DNA of 64,000 nt from NCBI GenBank assembly GCA_000092065.1, contig CP000581.1. One strand, 5' to 3'. The position numbers and the translations under genes are program-made. The number at the start of each line of letters is the position of its first letter. Within the stretch, counting starts at the first letter, position 1. Origin of the DNA: Ostreococcus lucimarinus (Eukaryota). This document shows positions 38,618 through 48,966 of this stretch, piece after piece. The notes beneath the pieces were generated by a model that worked only from the letters and a program-made list of their open reading frames with translations, ran no database searches and was not told the DNA's origin.

Positions 38618-41600
38618 ATGGCGGCGGCTTCGACGACGACGACGCGCGCGCGCGACGACGACGCGGGACGACGCGGGACGACGCGGGACGACGCGATGCG
38701 CCTCGACGCGATCCTCGAGAGCGTTCGAAGGGACATCGTCGGACACGGGGCGACGTTCGGCGGGGCGTACGGGACGAAGTCGCTGGTGTACGCCGACTAC
38801 ACGGCGAGCGGACGGGCGTCGCGAGCGGTGGAGCGGTGCGTCGCGCGAGACGTGCTGCCGATGTACGCGAACACGCACACGTCGACGTCGACGACGGGGT
38901 CGCAGACGTCGTGCTTTCGAGCGGAGGCGAGACAGGTGGTGGCGCAGTGCGTGAACGCGCGGGTGGGATACAGCGATAGACACGCCGACGTGGTGACGTT
39001 TACGGGAAGCGGGAGCACGAGCGCGATCGATCGGTTGGCGCGAGCGCTCGGGATGCACGTACCGTTACCGGTGAACGCGCCGAGGGAAGCGAGGCCGGTC
39101 GTGTTCGTCGGACCGCACGAACATCACAGTAATATTTTGCCCTGGCGCGAGTCGTGCGCGATTGTGGTGGAAATTCCAGAGGAAGAGAGCTCGGGAATGG
39201 TGGACGTGGACGCGTTGCGCGCGGCGCTGCGCGCGTACGCGTCACACGCGACGCTGATTGGAAGTTTTAGCGCGGCGAGTAACGTGACGGGGGTGAGGGC
39301 GGATGTGAATTTAATCACGGAGACGTTGCATCGAGGAAACGCGTTGGCGTTGTGGGACTACGCCGCCGCCGCGGCGTACGTCGACGTCGACATGAACCCG
39401 GTAGTTTTCGACGAAAACACCGGTGCGTTGAATCCGTACGTATACAAAGATGCGATATTTATGTCACCGCACAAGCTTCCGGGAGGGCCGGGTGCGCCCG
39501 GGATTTTAGTGGCAAAACGCGCATTGTTCGTGAACGAAGTGCCGAGCGAACCGGGCGGAGGAACTGTCTTTTATGTCACGAGCACCGATCACCGGTATTT
39601 AAGCAACAGAGTGGAGCGCGAAGAGGGTGGGACTCAAGACATCGTTGGAAGCATCCGCGCTGGCTTGGCGTTCCAAATGAAAGCTAACGTGGGGACGTCG
39701 TTGATTGAAGCGGCGGAGGAACGACTGCGACGACGATTGTTCGACGAGCTGGAGAAGGATGAGAATATTTGCTTACTCGGACCTCGGGCGAATTCGACGA
39801 CGAAGCGCTTGCCTATTGCGTCGTTTCTCATACGAGCCCCAGCGGTGGATTCGAAAAGTAGGTTTCTACACTACTCATTCACGTGCGCGGTGTTGAACGA
39901 CGTCTTCGGCGTGCAGGCGCGAGGCGGATGCGCGTGCGCAGGGCCGTACGCGCATCGTCTTCTCGGAATATCTCCAGCTGATGCAGCCGCGATCGAGGCG
40001 CACTTGCTAGACAAAGCCGAAGTATTACGACCTGGTTTTGCGCGCGTCAGTTTGCCATACTTCGCGTCTGATGCTGAGATTGAGTACACGTTGGCCGCGG
40101 TACGCGCCGTCGCCGCGCACGGCTGGCGCTTGCTGCCGATGTATCGCATGGACGCCAAGACGGGTGAATGGAGACACGCCCTTCGAGCACGAAGTTTCCC
40201 TGAACGCAAGTGGCTCGCACACATGCAGTTTCCTGTAGATTCGGAAGAAATACACGAATCACCGCCGAGTGAAGAGGAGATATCTCGCCGACTCGACGAA
40301 CAATTGAGCGTCGGGATGCGCATTCTGGAAACGTGCGGTCAGTATCGCGACGGTGAACAACAAGGCAAAGCGAAGAACGGTCAGTTACGCATGCCGAATT
40401 CAGGTGGTATGGCTGCGGATGAGCGCATGGTGCTCGCTGGAGGCCGCGGCGACGACGACTCGAGGCTCGCTTACGACGAGGGCGAAGAGGACGACGACGC
40501 TCCTGAGCCGACGACGAATATCGAGCGCGGCGACGCGCTTCGTTGGTTCATGTTTCCGTCCGAGGCGGCTGCCTTGCTTTCAATCGCGCTTCCAGAGCAC
40601 TCGCACAGCGGAATACTACCACTTAGTTACGTGCCTCCAACTGGGACGATCACCGGCGCATTGCGTCCGCCGAATATTTGCGGCGCTCGCGAATCGGCAC
40701 CAAACGCACACGGTCAAAGTTACCGAACCGAAAGCAGGAAACACCCACTGCGCGTGACGGAAGAGTCGGGAAGTATTCGATCGGGCTTGATTCATCAGCG
40801 AGCGGCACCGTTTTGTGTAGGTGATGCACCGAGCGCACCACAGCCTTCAGTCGCAGAGGCTGAATTTCGCGCCGAATCGACGCTCGAACCGCGCGTGCGA
40901 GAGCTCACACTCGACGTGTCACCACCGATGAAAGAAGTGACGGTGACGGAAGATAGCATGTCCGAAAAACGTGTTCCGATGACAAATGATCAAACGCTTG
41001 ATGGTGCCGTCAGAGAAAAAGAAGTGAAAAAGAAGAGACACAAGTTCGCCAAGCCGTCACCAAAGTTGTTGCGCATGGTGAACCAGGCGATACAAGACTT
41101 TGACATGATTCAACCCGGAGACCGTATTTTGCTTGGTCTTTCGGGAGGTAAAGATTCTCTCGCAATGTTACACATTCTGATGTGCATGATGTCGCGTTAT
41201 CCGCCCGGAACATTTACTCTCGCGTGCGCGACAGTAGATCCCGGCACCGAGGCGTTCAATCCTCGGCCTTTGATTCCTTATGTGGAATCTCTCGGCATCG
41301 AGTACCATTATCTCGAAGAAGAAATCATGGCGATGGCGGACGCGCACATGACTGGTGACAGTATTTGTGCGTTCTGCGCGCGTATGAAACGGGGCGCTCT
41401 ATACACGTGTTGTCGCAAGTATGGTTACAACAAGCTCGTTCTAGCACAACATTTAGATGACTGTGTGGAGAGTTTCCTGATGAGCACAATGTACAACGGA
41501 ACGATGCGAACGATGAAAGCGTCGTATCTCATCGACGAGGGTGATATCACTGTCATTCGTCCCGCCATTTACTTACGCGAGAAGGCTTTACGTGACTTTT

Positions 41601-42112
41601 CTTACGAAGCGGGATTGCCCGTCATCAACGAAAATTGTCCGGCGTGCTTCGAAGCGCCCAAGGAGAGACAGAACATCAAGAAACTTTTGTCTCGCGAAGA
41701 AAGTTCGTTCCCATCGCTGTATTCGTGCATGCGTAATGCGCTAATGCCACTTTTTGATCCTGCCGCTATGGATATACTATCTATGATTCGAGAAACAATC
41801 GATGGGAGAAACAAGTTTAAGGAGCGCGCCAAGGCGCAACGCGCCGAATCTCTCGCAAACGGGAAGTGCAATCCCAAACGCGGAGAAGTTTCAATCGCCA
41901 AGAATGGTGCGAACACCGAGCCTGGGACTGAGCTTAACATCAACGAACCGATAGAACTGTCCAGTGCGTCAGAGATGCAGCTACTGGCAGAGTTAAATAA
42001 AAGGCGTCGTGAACGCATTCGCCAAACCACGAAAACCAACGACAGTGAATTCGACGCCGATTTAACGGAGAAGCAAGTGTTTTGTACCGCAGAAGGATGC
42101 AAACGTGAGTAG
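38618..42112 (+). CDS. Fusion protein: class-V aminotransferase (cysteine desulfurase/selenocysteine lyase-like) domain + TtcA-type PP-loop tRNA 2-thiocytidine synthetase domain
   Basis: Track ORF 36998..42112. The first roughly 540 aa are antisense to FtsH; the real start is assumed at ATG 38618 (MAAASTTTT...). The N-terminal domain shows [15 protein letters not shown]...[16 protein letters not shown], a PLP-Lys motif [17 protein letters not shown] and GGCACAG. The C-terminal domain aligns to E. coli TtcA: [41 protein letters not shown] to [54 protein letters not shown] to CSLCSRLRRGILY, and [15 protein letters not shown] to LGHHRDDILQTLFLN. A 9-bp repeat (gacgcggga) x3 lies at 38655-38690. 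Confidence 0.7.
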   Translation: [1164 protein letters not shown]

Positions 42113-42153
42113 ATTTTCTAGATCAATGTAATTGTATATTTTCAACGTTGTTT

Positions 42154-45100
42154 TTAAACTAACAATTGCGTGTCGTCGTCGTCAGCGCCGAGTTCAATAG
42201 TTTCGTATCCTTGCGAGAGGTCGATTTCATCGGACGCTTGTCTCTTGGCTTTGCGAGCCGGCGCGGGGCTAGCGCTTTTATGATTCAATTCCTGCTTCTG
42301 ACGCGCTGCCTCCGATTTTGCACACGATTCGGCGTAAGTTACGTATTCTTTGCACTCCTTTGCGCCTGGCAAGCTCTCAATCATCAGGCGAATGTGCGGG
42401 AGCGAGTAGCCAAAAAACTCTGGACCAGAAATCGCTGTCTTCTTCGCAACTTCGCCTCTAGCCTCGCGCGCAACTTTCGCTCGCTTGAGAACTTCAGCCC
42501 ACGCGGCGGTGGCGCTTTTGGCGACGATCCGCTCGCATCCGTGTTCGGCGGTGAGGGTGAACTGTGGTTCACCTTTTGGCCCTTCCGTGATCTCTTGCTC
42601 CCATTTACAGCGCTCGTCCAAGTTGTCCAATCGAGGGTACACGCGCACCGTCTTGAATCCGACAGGCAAAATGTACTGCTGCGTCACGAAGTCTTTTTTG
42701 TTCTTTATCTCTCCCAAACATTCGATCATGACGCCACTAACTGGACCTATCGGCATACGCAGATTACCGTCGTTGTCTCGCTTTGACTCTTTCAAAAATG
42801 TTTGCGCCTTGAGTAGCTTTTCCATCGTCGTACCAGAACCACTTCGCGGAGCGCCTTTAGGCTTCTTCTCACGCGGTAACTTGGGCGCCTTGGGCACCTT
42901 GGGCTTCACTGGGCGCTCAATTTTAGGCGGAGGCTCGTAAGATTTACCTCCGAGAACATTGAACACGCGCTTCACGCGATTACTCAAGAACCTTCCGTGG
43001 ATCCACTCGGGCTCGGCGTTCACGGCTTCTGTTTCAGTTTCGGCAATCGCGATTTCATCTTCGACGGGATGTTTCATCTTCTTTTCCTTCTTCGGCTCTG
43101 GCGCGATTTTCCCCGCAAAGTTGACGGCGAACGGCAAATCAACGTCGTCGCGGATTTCAGAATATTTCCCGAATCCATGTTTGAGCGTACCAACGACCAA
43201 CGCGCGATCGTGATCTTCTGTCCACCATTCCGCCAACGGCTCGGCGTGAAGTTCGGGGATGGGCATGCCTTCAGCCGTCAGGGCATTAGCGAATCCACCG
43301 GCCTTCTGAACGGCGCTAATGCCGCCTTGCAAGAGCTCGAGGCGAATCATATCGTCGCTGGCTCGTCCACGCAGGAAGTTATTGAAACCTTGCTCAGCCA
43401 TGATGTACGTGAGGTAATCTCGGCCTTCTTCTTCCGGCAGCGCTTTTTCATCGGCGTCTTCGTCAACCGTCACGACAGCGACAAGATTCGGGAACAGTTC
43501 AGACGAAAGTGACTTCATCGCTTCTTCGACGTAGCATCTACAGAAGAGCTTCACATGCGCGAGCGTTTTGTTCTCCTTGAGTTGCGAACGCTCTTTGATT
43601 TGCTCCCACATGCTCCAACCAAACAGCATAAATGATGCAACAACACGTTTGCGTTCACCCCACGACCACTGGAACGCATTCACGGAGTTCTGCTTCTCCA
43701 TCGCCAGCTTTTCAGCAGCTTGGAGTTTCTTCATGAGCTCCTCGGCTTCCGCCTTGCGTTCCTCCTCTGCCGCCGCCGCCTCGGGCATGAGCTTCTGCCA
43801 GAAATTAGGATCATCGAGCGAGACGCCATCGGCTGACCCACCGCCGTCGATAAATGTCGCAGTCGCAAACGTACTCGGTCCCGCATCATCCGTGTTCTCC
43901 TCCGAGCTCTTGATCAGTTTCTTTTCAGACTTGGCGAGAATATCGACGATGCTTTCGTTGCACCATTGTTGCGCGCGACTTTCATCCTCAGTGAACAGCC
44001 CGTACGCGCCGTGCTTGAGCAACTCTTCGATCTCTTTTCTCGACGCCGCGGCTGATTTCTCTTCCTTTTCTGCGCTCCCAAAGATGGCTTGTTCGAGACC
44101 GAGTTTCATCGACGCCCGCGTAAACATTTCCTTTTCGTACGTGGCCCGCATGACGAGTCGATATACCTGGACTTGGCGCGTTTGCCCGATGCGATGCGCT
44201 CTCGCGAGCGCCTGTGCATCGTTTTGCGGATTCCAGTCGCTGTCGAACATAACGACAGTGTCAGCCTGGACGAGGTTGATGCCTTGGCCTCCGGCGCGCG
44301 TGGAGAGGAGAAACAGAAAAGTGTCAGAATCCTCAGCGCAATACTTGTCGATCGCTTCTTGACGTGCTTTGCCGGTGATGCTACCGTCAAGTCGCACGTA
44401 AGAGTGACCTCGTGCGCGGCAATAATCCTCCAGGACGTCCAAAACGCGCGTCATTTGACTGAAGATGAGAGCTCGATGCCCACCTTCGCGAAGATGCGGA
44501 AGGAGCTTGTCCAAGAGCTGCAACTTTCCCGCGCTCGATACCAAGGCAGTGGTGCTCGCGCCTTCCGGCGCGATGGCAGCTTCGACGCCGTCGAGCAAAA
44601 ACGGGTGCTGGCAACACTTACGGACTTCCATCATGATGTTCGCAAAGTTTGCAAAACTCTCTCTCGAGTCGCAACCTTGCCGAAGAAAGGAAAAGTTACG
44701 CTCAAATAATGCACGATAGCACTTTTTCTGCAAAGGCGCGAGCTCGCACTCGACAAGTGTCTCACTTCGCGGTGGTAACTTTTGCTCGACGTCGCGCTTC
44801 AGTCGACGCAGCAAGTACGGACCAAGAACCTTTTGTAAACGCTCGACTTGCGCAGCCTTTGCCATGCCTCCAAACGCTTCTTCAAACTCCTCCGCGTTGG
44901 AGAAGTGCTTAGAATCGACAAAGTTCAGCAACGACCAGAGCTCGGTGGTGTTGTTTTGAAGCGGAGTGCCCGTGAGTAAGCAAATGCGCTCCACCGCGAG
45001 GCTGTTCAAATCGTTCCCAAGCTTACCTCCAACTCGTTTCAAGCGATGCGCTTCGTCGACGACCATCGTACTCCATTTTGCCTTCGCGAAAGATTGGCGA

Positions 45101-46374
45101 TCGGCAGTAATCGTTTCATAAGTAGTGAGGACGATATTAGCCTTAAACGCTCGCGATATGCTCTGGGTTTCGTCAACTGGGTGATACCAGTCGTGTTCTC
45201 GCGCGAATTCGCGACCGGCTTGCTTGCCGACGTGCGTCACCACGTACGCGTCCGGGACCCAGCGCTGCGCCTCGCGCTCCCAGTTCACAATCGTTGAAAG
45301 GGGAACGACGACAAGAGCAGGGAGACCTGGCCGCACTTGCAAGCAGTGATGTATGAGAGCTAGCGCCTGCGCAGTTTTCCCGAGACCCATCTCGTCCGCC
45401 AAGATGCACCCGCGTCCGGCTCGGAAGTTGAACGCCATCCACTTCACGCCTTCCTTCTGATACGATCGCAACTCGTCGGACTCTCCGTACGAGTCGCGCA
45501 CGGTGTCGGCATCGTACGAACTCCACGCATTGGCGACGTCCTCATCCGTCTCCGCATCAACGATGGCTTGGCGCTCGCGCGCCGCTGAAGCGCGGCTTCG
45601 GACGCGTTCAAACTCTTCCAAAGCGCTCGCACCACCTTCCATCTCGCGCACGGCAGTTATATCTTCCCAATTCGTCTCGTCATAACTCATTCGAGACCAC
45701 TTCACGCACACGAGTGTTCTGTCCACCTCTTCAAACATCGAAAAGACGCGGTCGACGACCAAGTAATCCGGTTTGACGTCCACGCACGGCCCGAGCTCCT
45801 TTGGATACTTATCGAAATACCTCGCCACACGCATCTTACCCTGCACACCACATGTCGGATCGTTTTCCAACGCCGTGACTTTCACCCACGTGCAATGCGC
45901 GTACGACGTACCTTTCCACTTTATCAACGTCTCCGTCTCCTCCTTTTCGCATCGTCGCCACCCGACGATGCTCTCCACTTCTCCCAACCGCTTGCTCTCC
46001 GCCGATTCTCGCGCCCACTGCCCTTCTTCCCACGCATGCATCCCACGCATCGCGTCTCTCGCGCACTCCATCGTCACAGACCGCTCGATCGCGTCCGCCT
46101 CCCCTCGCCTCGCCTCGCCGTCCAGCACGTCTCCCCAATCCACCTTTGCCCGCTTCTCAGCGCTCCCTTCCTCTCGTCCTTCGCTCACAGGCGCCTTCGA
46201 CGAATTCATGGGTTTCATCTCGAGCAGATCTTGCGCCGCGAGATCGACGTTCCCGTGTCTACGCTCGAGCACGGCGCTGATTACGTTCGCATCGAGCTCT
46301 TTGAATGCGCCCTCGAGCGAGCGTTGTTCGGAGCGATAGAGCGGACGCGTGCGTGGTCGCGACGCGGGAGACAT
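42154..46374 (-). CDS. CHD: CHD-type chromodomain-helicase-DNA-binding SNF2 ATPase with N-terminal CUE-like motif
   Basis: Chromo region ESIVGWRRCEKEETETLIKWKGTSYAHCTWV. The SNF2_N domain carries LRSYQKEGVKWMAFNFRAGRGCILADEMGLGKTAQ...DEAHRLKR. The helicase-C domain carries ALIFSQMTRVLDVLEDY...DGSITGKARQEAIDKY...FLLSTRAGGQGINLVQADTVVMFDSDWNPQNDAQALARAHRIGQTRQVQVYRL. The N-terminus FKELDANVISAVLERRHGNVDLAAQDLLEM is CUE-like. The track start is GTG at 46503; the first ATG is 46374. Confidence 0.8.
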   Translation of the reverse strand: MSPASRPRTRPLYRSEQRSLEGAFKELDANVISAVLERRHGNVDLAAQDLLEMKPMNSSKAPVSEGREEGSAEKRAKVDWGDVLDGEARRGEADAIERSVTMECARDAMRGMHAWEEGQWARESAESKRLGEVESIVGWRRCEKEETETLIKWKGTSYAHCTWVKVTALENDPTCGVQGKMRVARYFDKYPKELGPCVDVKPDYLVVDRVFSMFEEVDRTLVCVKWSRMSYDETNWEDITAVREMEGGASALEEFERVRSRASAARERQAIVDAETDEDVANAWSSYDADTVRDSYGESDELRSYQKEGVKWMAFNFRAGRGCILADEMGLGKTAQALALIHHCLQVRPGLPALVVVPLSTIVNWEREAQRWVPDAYVVTHVGKQAGREFAREHDWYHPVDETQSISRAFKANIVLTTYETITADRQSFAKAKWSTMVVDEAHRLKRVGGKLGNDLNSLAVERICLLTGTPLQNNTTELWSLLNFVDSKHFSNAEEFEEAFGGMAKAAQVERLQKVLGPYLLRRLKRDVEQKLPPRSETLVECELAPLQKKCYRALFERNFSFLRQGCDSRESFANFANIMMEVRKCCQHPFLLDGVEAAIAPEGASTTALVSSAGKLQLLDKLLPHLREGGHRALIFSQMTRVLDVLEDYCRARGHSYVRLDGSITGKARQEAIDKYCAEDSDTFLFLLSTRAGGQGINLVQADTVVMFDSDWNPQNDAQALARAHRIGQTRQVQVYRLVMRATYEKEMFTRASMKLGLEQAIFGSAEKEEKSAAASRKEIEELLKHGAYGLFTEDESRAQQWCNESIVDILAKSEKKLIKSSEENTDDAGPSTFATATFIDGGGSADGVSLDDPNFWQKLMPEAAAAEEERKAEAEELMKKLQAAEKLAMEKQNSVNAFQWSWGERKRVVASFMLFGWSMWEQIKERSQLKENKTLAHVKLFCRCYVEEAMKSLSSELFPNLVAVVTVDEDADEKALPEEEGRDYLTYIMAEQGFNNFLRGRASDDMIRLELLQGGISAVQKAGGFANALTAEGMPIPELHAEPLAEWWTEDHDRALVVGTLKHGFGKYSEIRDDVDLPFAVNFAGKIAPEPKKEKKMKHPVEDEIAIAETETEAVNAEPEWIHGRFLSNRVKRVFNVLGGKSYEPPPKIERPVKPKVPKAPKLPREKKPKGAPRSGSGTTMEKLLKAQTFLKESKRDNDGNLRMPIGPVSGVMIECLGEIKNKKDFVTQQYILPVGFKTVRVYPRLDNLDERCKWEQEITEGPKGEPQFTLTAEHGCERIVAKSATAAWAEVLKRAKVAREARGEVAKKTAISGPEFFGYSLPHIRLMIESLPGAKECKEYVTYAESCAKSEAARQKQELNHKSASPAPARKAKRQASDEIDLSQGYETIELGADDDDTQLLV

Positions 46375-46596
46375 CGCGGCGCGCGCGATGTGCTCTGTGT
46401 CACCGCGGGTCGCCGCGCGGGACGTCGCGCGCGACGTGGTGTGATGCGGTGCGCGCGCGTTCGATCGATCGACAGCTCGAGACTGAAATTTGAAATCAAA
46501 CACGACGCGGCGGTCGGAAGGACGCGGTGGATCGAACGCGGACGCGGAATAAATGAACAGACGAATGTGGTATTAATAGGAATATGTCGTGAGGCG

Positions 46597-47931
46597 TCAA
46601 CGCTTCGATGCCTTGGACGCGGCGATGACTTGGTTGACGACGCTCGCGGTGTCGCTCGGCGCCAACGATTTGGCTTTGCGAAACGCGTCTTCGGCGGCGT
46701 CCGGCTTGCCGACGGTTCGGAAAAAAACGCCTTGGGCGAGATAGCCGCGGAAATCTTCGGGATGTTCCGTGATGACGGCTTCGTACGCGATTTCCGCGTC
46801 CTTGCCGTGGCCCTTCCAGGCACTCTGTACGCGCGCCTCGAGCAGTCGTCCGTCGACTTCGTCGACCCAACCCTTCTTCGAAAACGTCTTGGCGTAATCG
46901 AGGGCGAGACCGTTTCGGCCGTCTTTACCTAAAGCGTCGAGAAACCCGCGCAAAAATGAAGGCGAAGGCGCGGTTTGCTGACCTTTGCCCAAGACGTCGG
47001 CGTCGATGATGGAGCGGAAAGCCTCGACGGCGCGTCTCGGCTGCCCATCCGCTATCCACGTCTCCGCGAGCGCGCTCACGTTTTCTTCATTCGTCGGATC
47101 GACGGCGACGAGGCGTTCTAAGTATGGCAACGCTTTCGGGTAATCATCCAGCGCGAGGAAAGACTGCGCCGCTTGCCGAAGCTTGTCCGCGTCCTCCGGC
47201 GCCGCGCTCAGCGCCTCCACGACGGCGTCCGCTTGCTTCTGCACCTCCTCCTTCACGCTGTCGCTCAATCCACCCTTCCCCTGAGGAATCGCCGCTTGAA
47301 ACGTGAGATCGCTCGGAATGAACACGACGACCAGCGCGCACGCCGCCAAGAAGCTCACGACGCGAACGAGCGTTTGATTCCCGTCCTCGTCCTCGCTCGC
47401 CGTCGCCCCGCGCTCCTCGTCCATGTAATTCGCCATCGGTCCCGCCGGCTTCGCCGCGCCGCCGCCTCCGAAACTCACCTTCGCGTCCATGTCGAACGTC
47501 CCGCTCGCGCCGCTCGTCCCGCGCGCGCCCTCTCGCCTCTTCTTCGCCGCGTCCGCGCGCACCGCCTCGAGCTTTTCGTCGAAGCTCGCCCCGACCGTCG
47601 TCGTCGTCGTCTCCTCCGCGTTCGCGCGCGCGTCCGCGCGCGCCCCGACCCGCGCCATCGCCTCGTCGAACTCCCGCGTCCGTCGACCGTCGTCCTCGGC
47701 GAACTCCTGCGTGCGCGCGCGTCCCTTTCGTCCCCTTCGCGTCGTCGGCGCCTTGCCCTTTTTCCGATCGTTCCGACGCGGTTCCGGCGTCGCCGACGCC
47801 CGCGTCGTCGTCGCGCGCGCCGCGACTCGCCCCGTCATCATCGTCGCCGTCGTTCGCCGCGCGCGCGCGGCTCGCGCGTCGCGTACTCGCGCGCGCGCGC
47901 GCGGATAACGCGTTGATGATGACGTTTGCAT
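46597..47931 (-). CDS. TPR-repeat protein with transit-peptide-like N-terminus and one TM segment (putative plastid/thylakoid)
   Basis: 444 aa, ATG at 47931. R/T/A-rich N-terminus, a TM segment LVRVVSFLAACALVVVFIP, then TPR-like helices (ALDDYPKALPYLERLVAVDPTNEENVSALAETWIADGQPRRAVEAFRSII...). Confidence 0.5.
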   Translation of the reverse strand: MQTSSSTRYPRARARVRDARAARARRTTATMMTGRVAARATTTRASATPEPRRNDRKKGKAPTTRRGRKGRARTQEFAEDDGRRTREFDEAMARVGARADARANAEETTTTTVGASFDEKLEAVRADAAKKRREGARGTSGASGTFDMDAKVSFGGGGAAKPAGPMANYMDEERGATASEDEDGNQTLVRVVSFLAACALVVVFIPSDLTFQAAIPQGKGGLSDSVKEEVQKQADAVVEALSAAPEDADKLRQAAQSFLALDDYPKALPYLERLVAVDPTNEENVSALAETWIADGQPRRAVEAFRSIIDADVLGKGQQTAPSPSFLRGFLDALGKDGRNGLALDYAKTFSKKGWVDEVDGRLLEARVQSAWKGHGKDAEIAYEAVITEHPEDFRGYLAQGVFFRTVGKPDAAEDAFRKAKSLAPSDTASVVNQVIAASKASKR

Positions 47932-48020
47932 CTCGACGCCTCACTGTTTACCCACACGAAGACACCCATGGACGTCGTTCGCGACGCCGCGCGCGCCGCA
48001 CACGACGACGCGACCGCGCC

Positions 48021-48772
<752 letters not shown>

Positions 48773-48966
48773 TATCGCGTCGCGCGACGAAATCGCGACA
48801 TTCGAAACACACTCACGATCACGCGCTCGATCGATCGATCGTTCGTTCGTTCGTTCGATCGATCGGCTCTGTACCATAGCGACGACGATTTCTGTAAATA
48901 CATTCCCGCGCACCTCCGCGCCGCACACGCCGACGCCCGTCGCGCTCGATCGCGCGCTCGAACGCG

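Noticed and set aside
39400-46400. Possible low-GC horizontally transferred island around the TtcA domain and CHD gene
   Set aside because: Sampling showed that most gene bodies in the window (PDS5, UTP7, NHE, CSE1) are similarly 45-58% GC. The contrast is between coding cores and CGCG-rich spacers and presequences, not a discrete island. The bacterial affinity of TtcA is kept as a hypothesis inside the fusion finding only.
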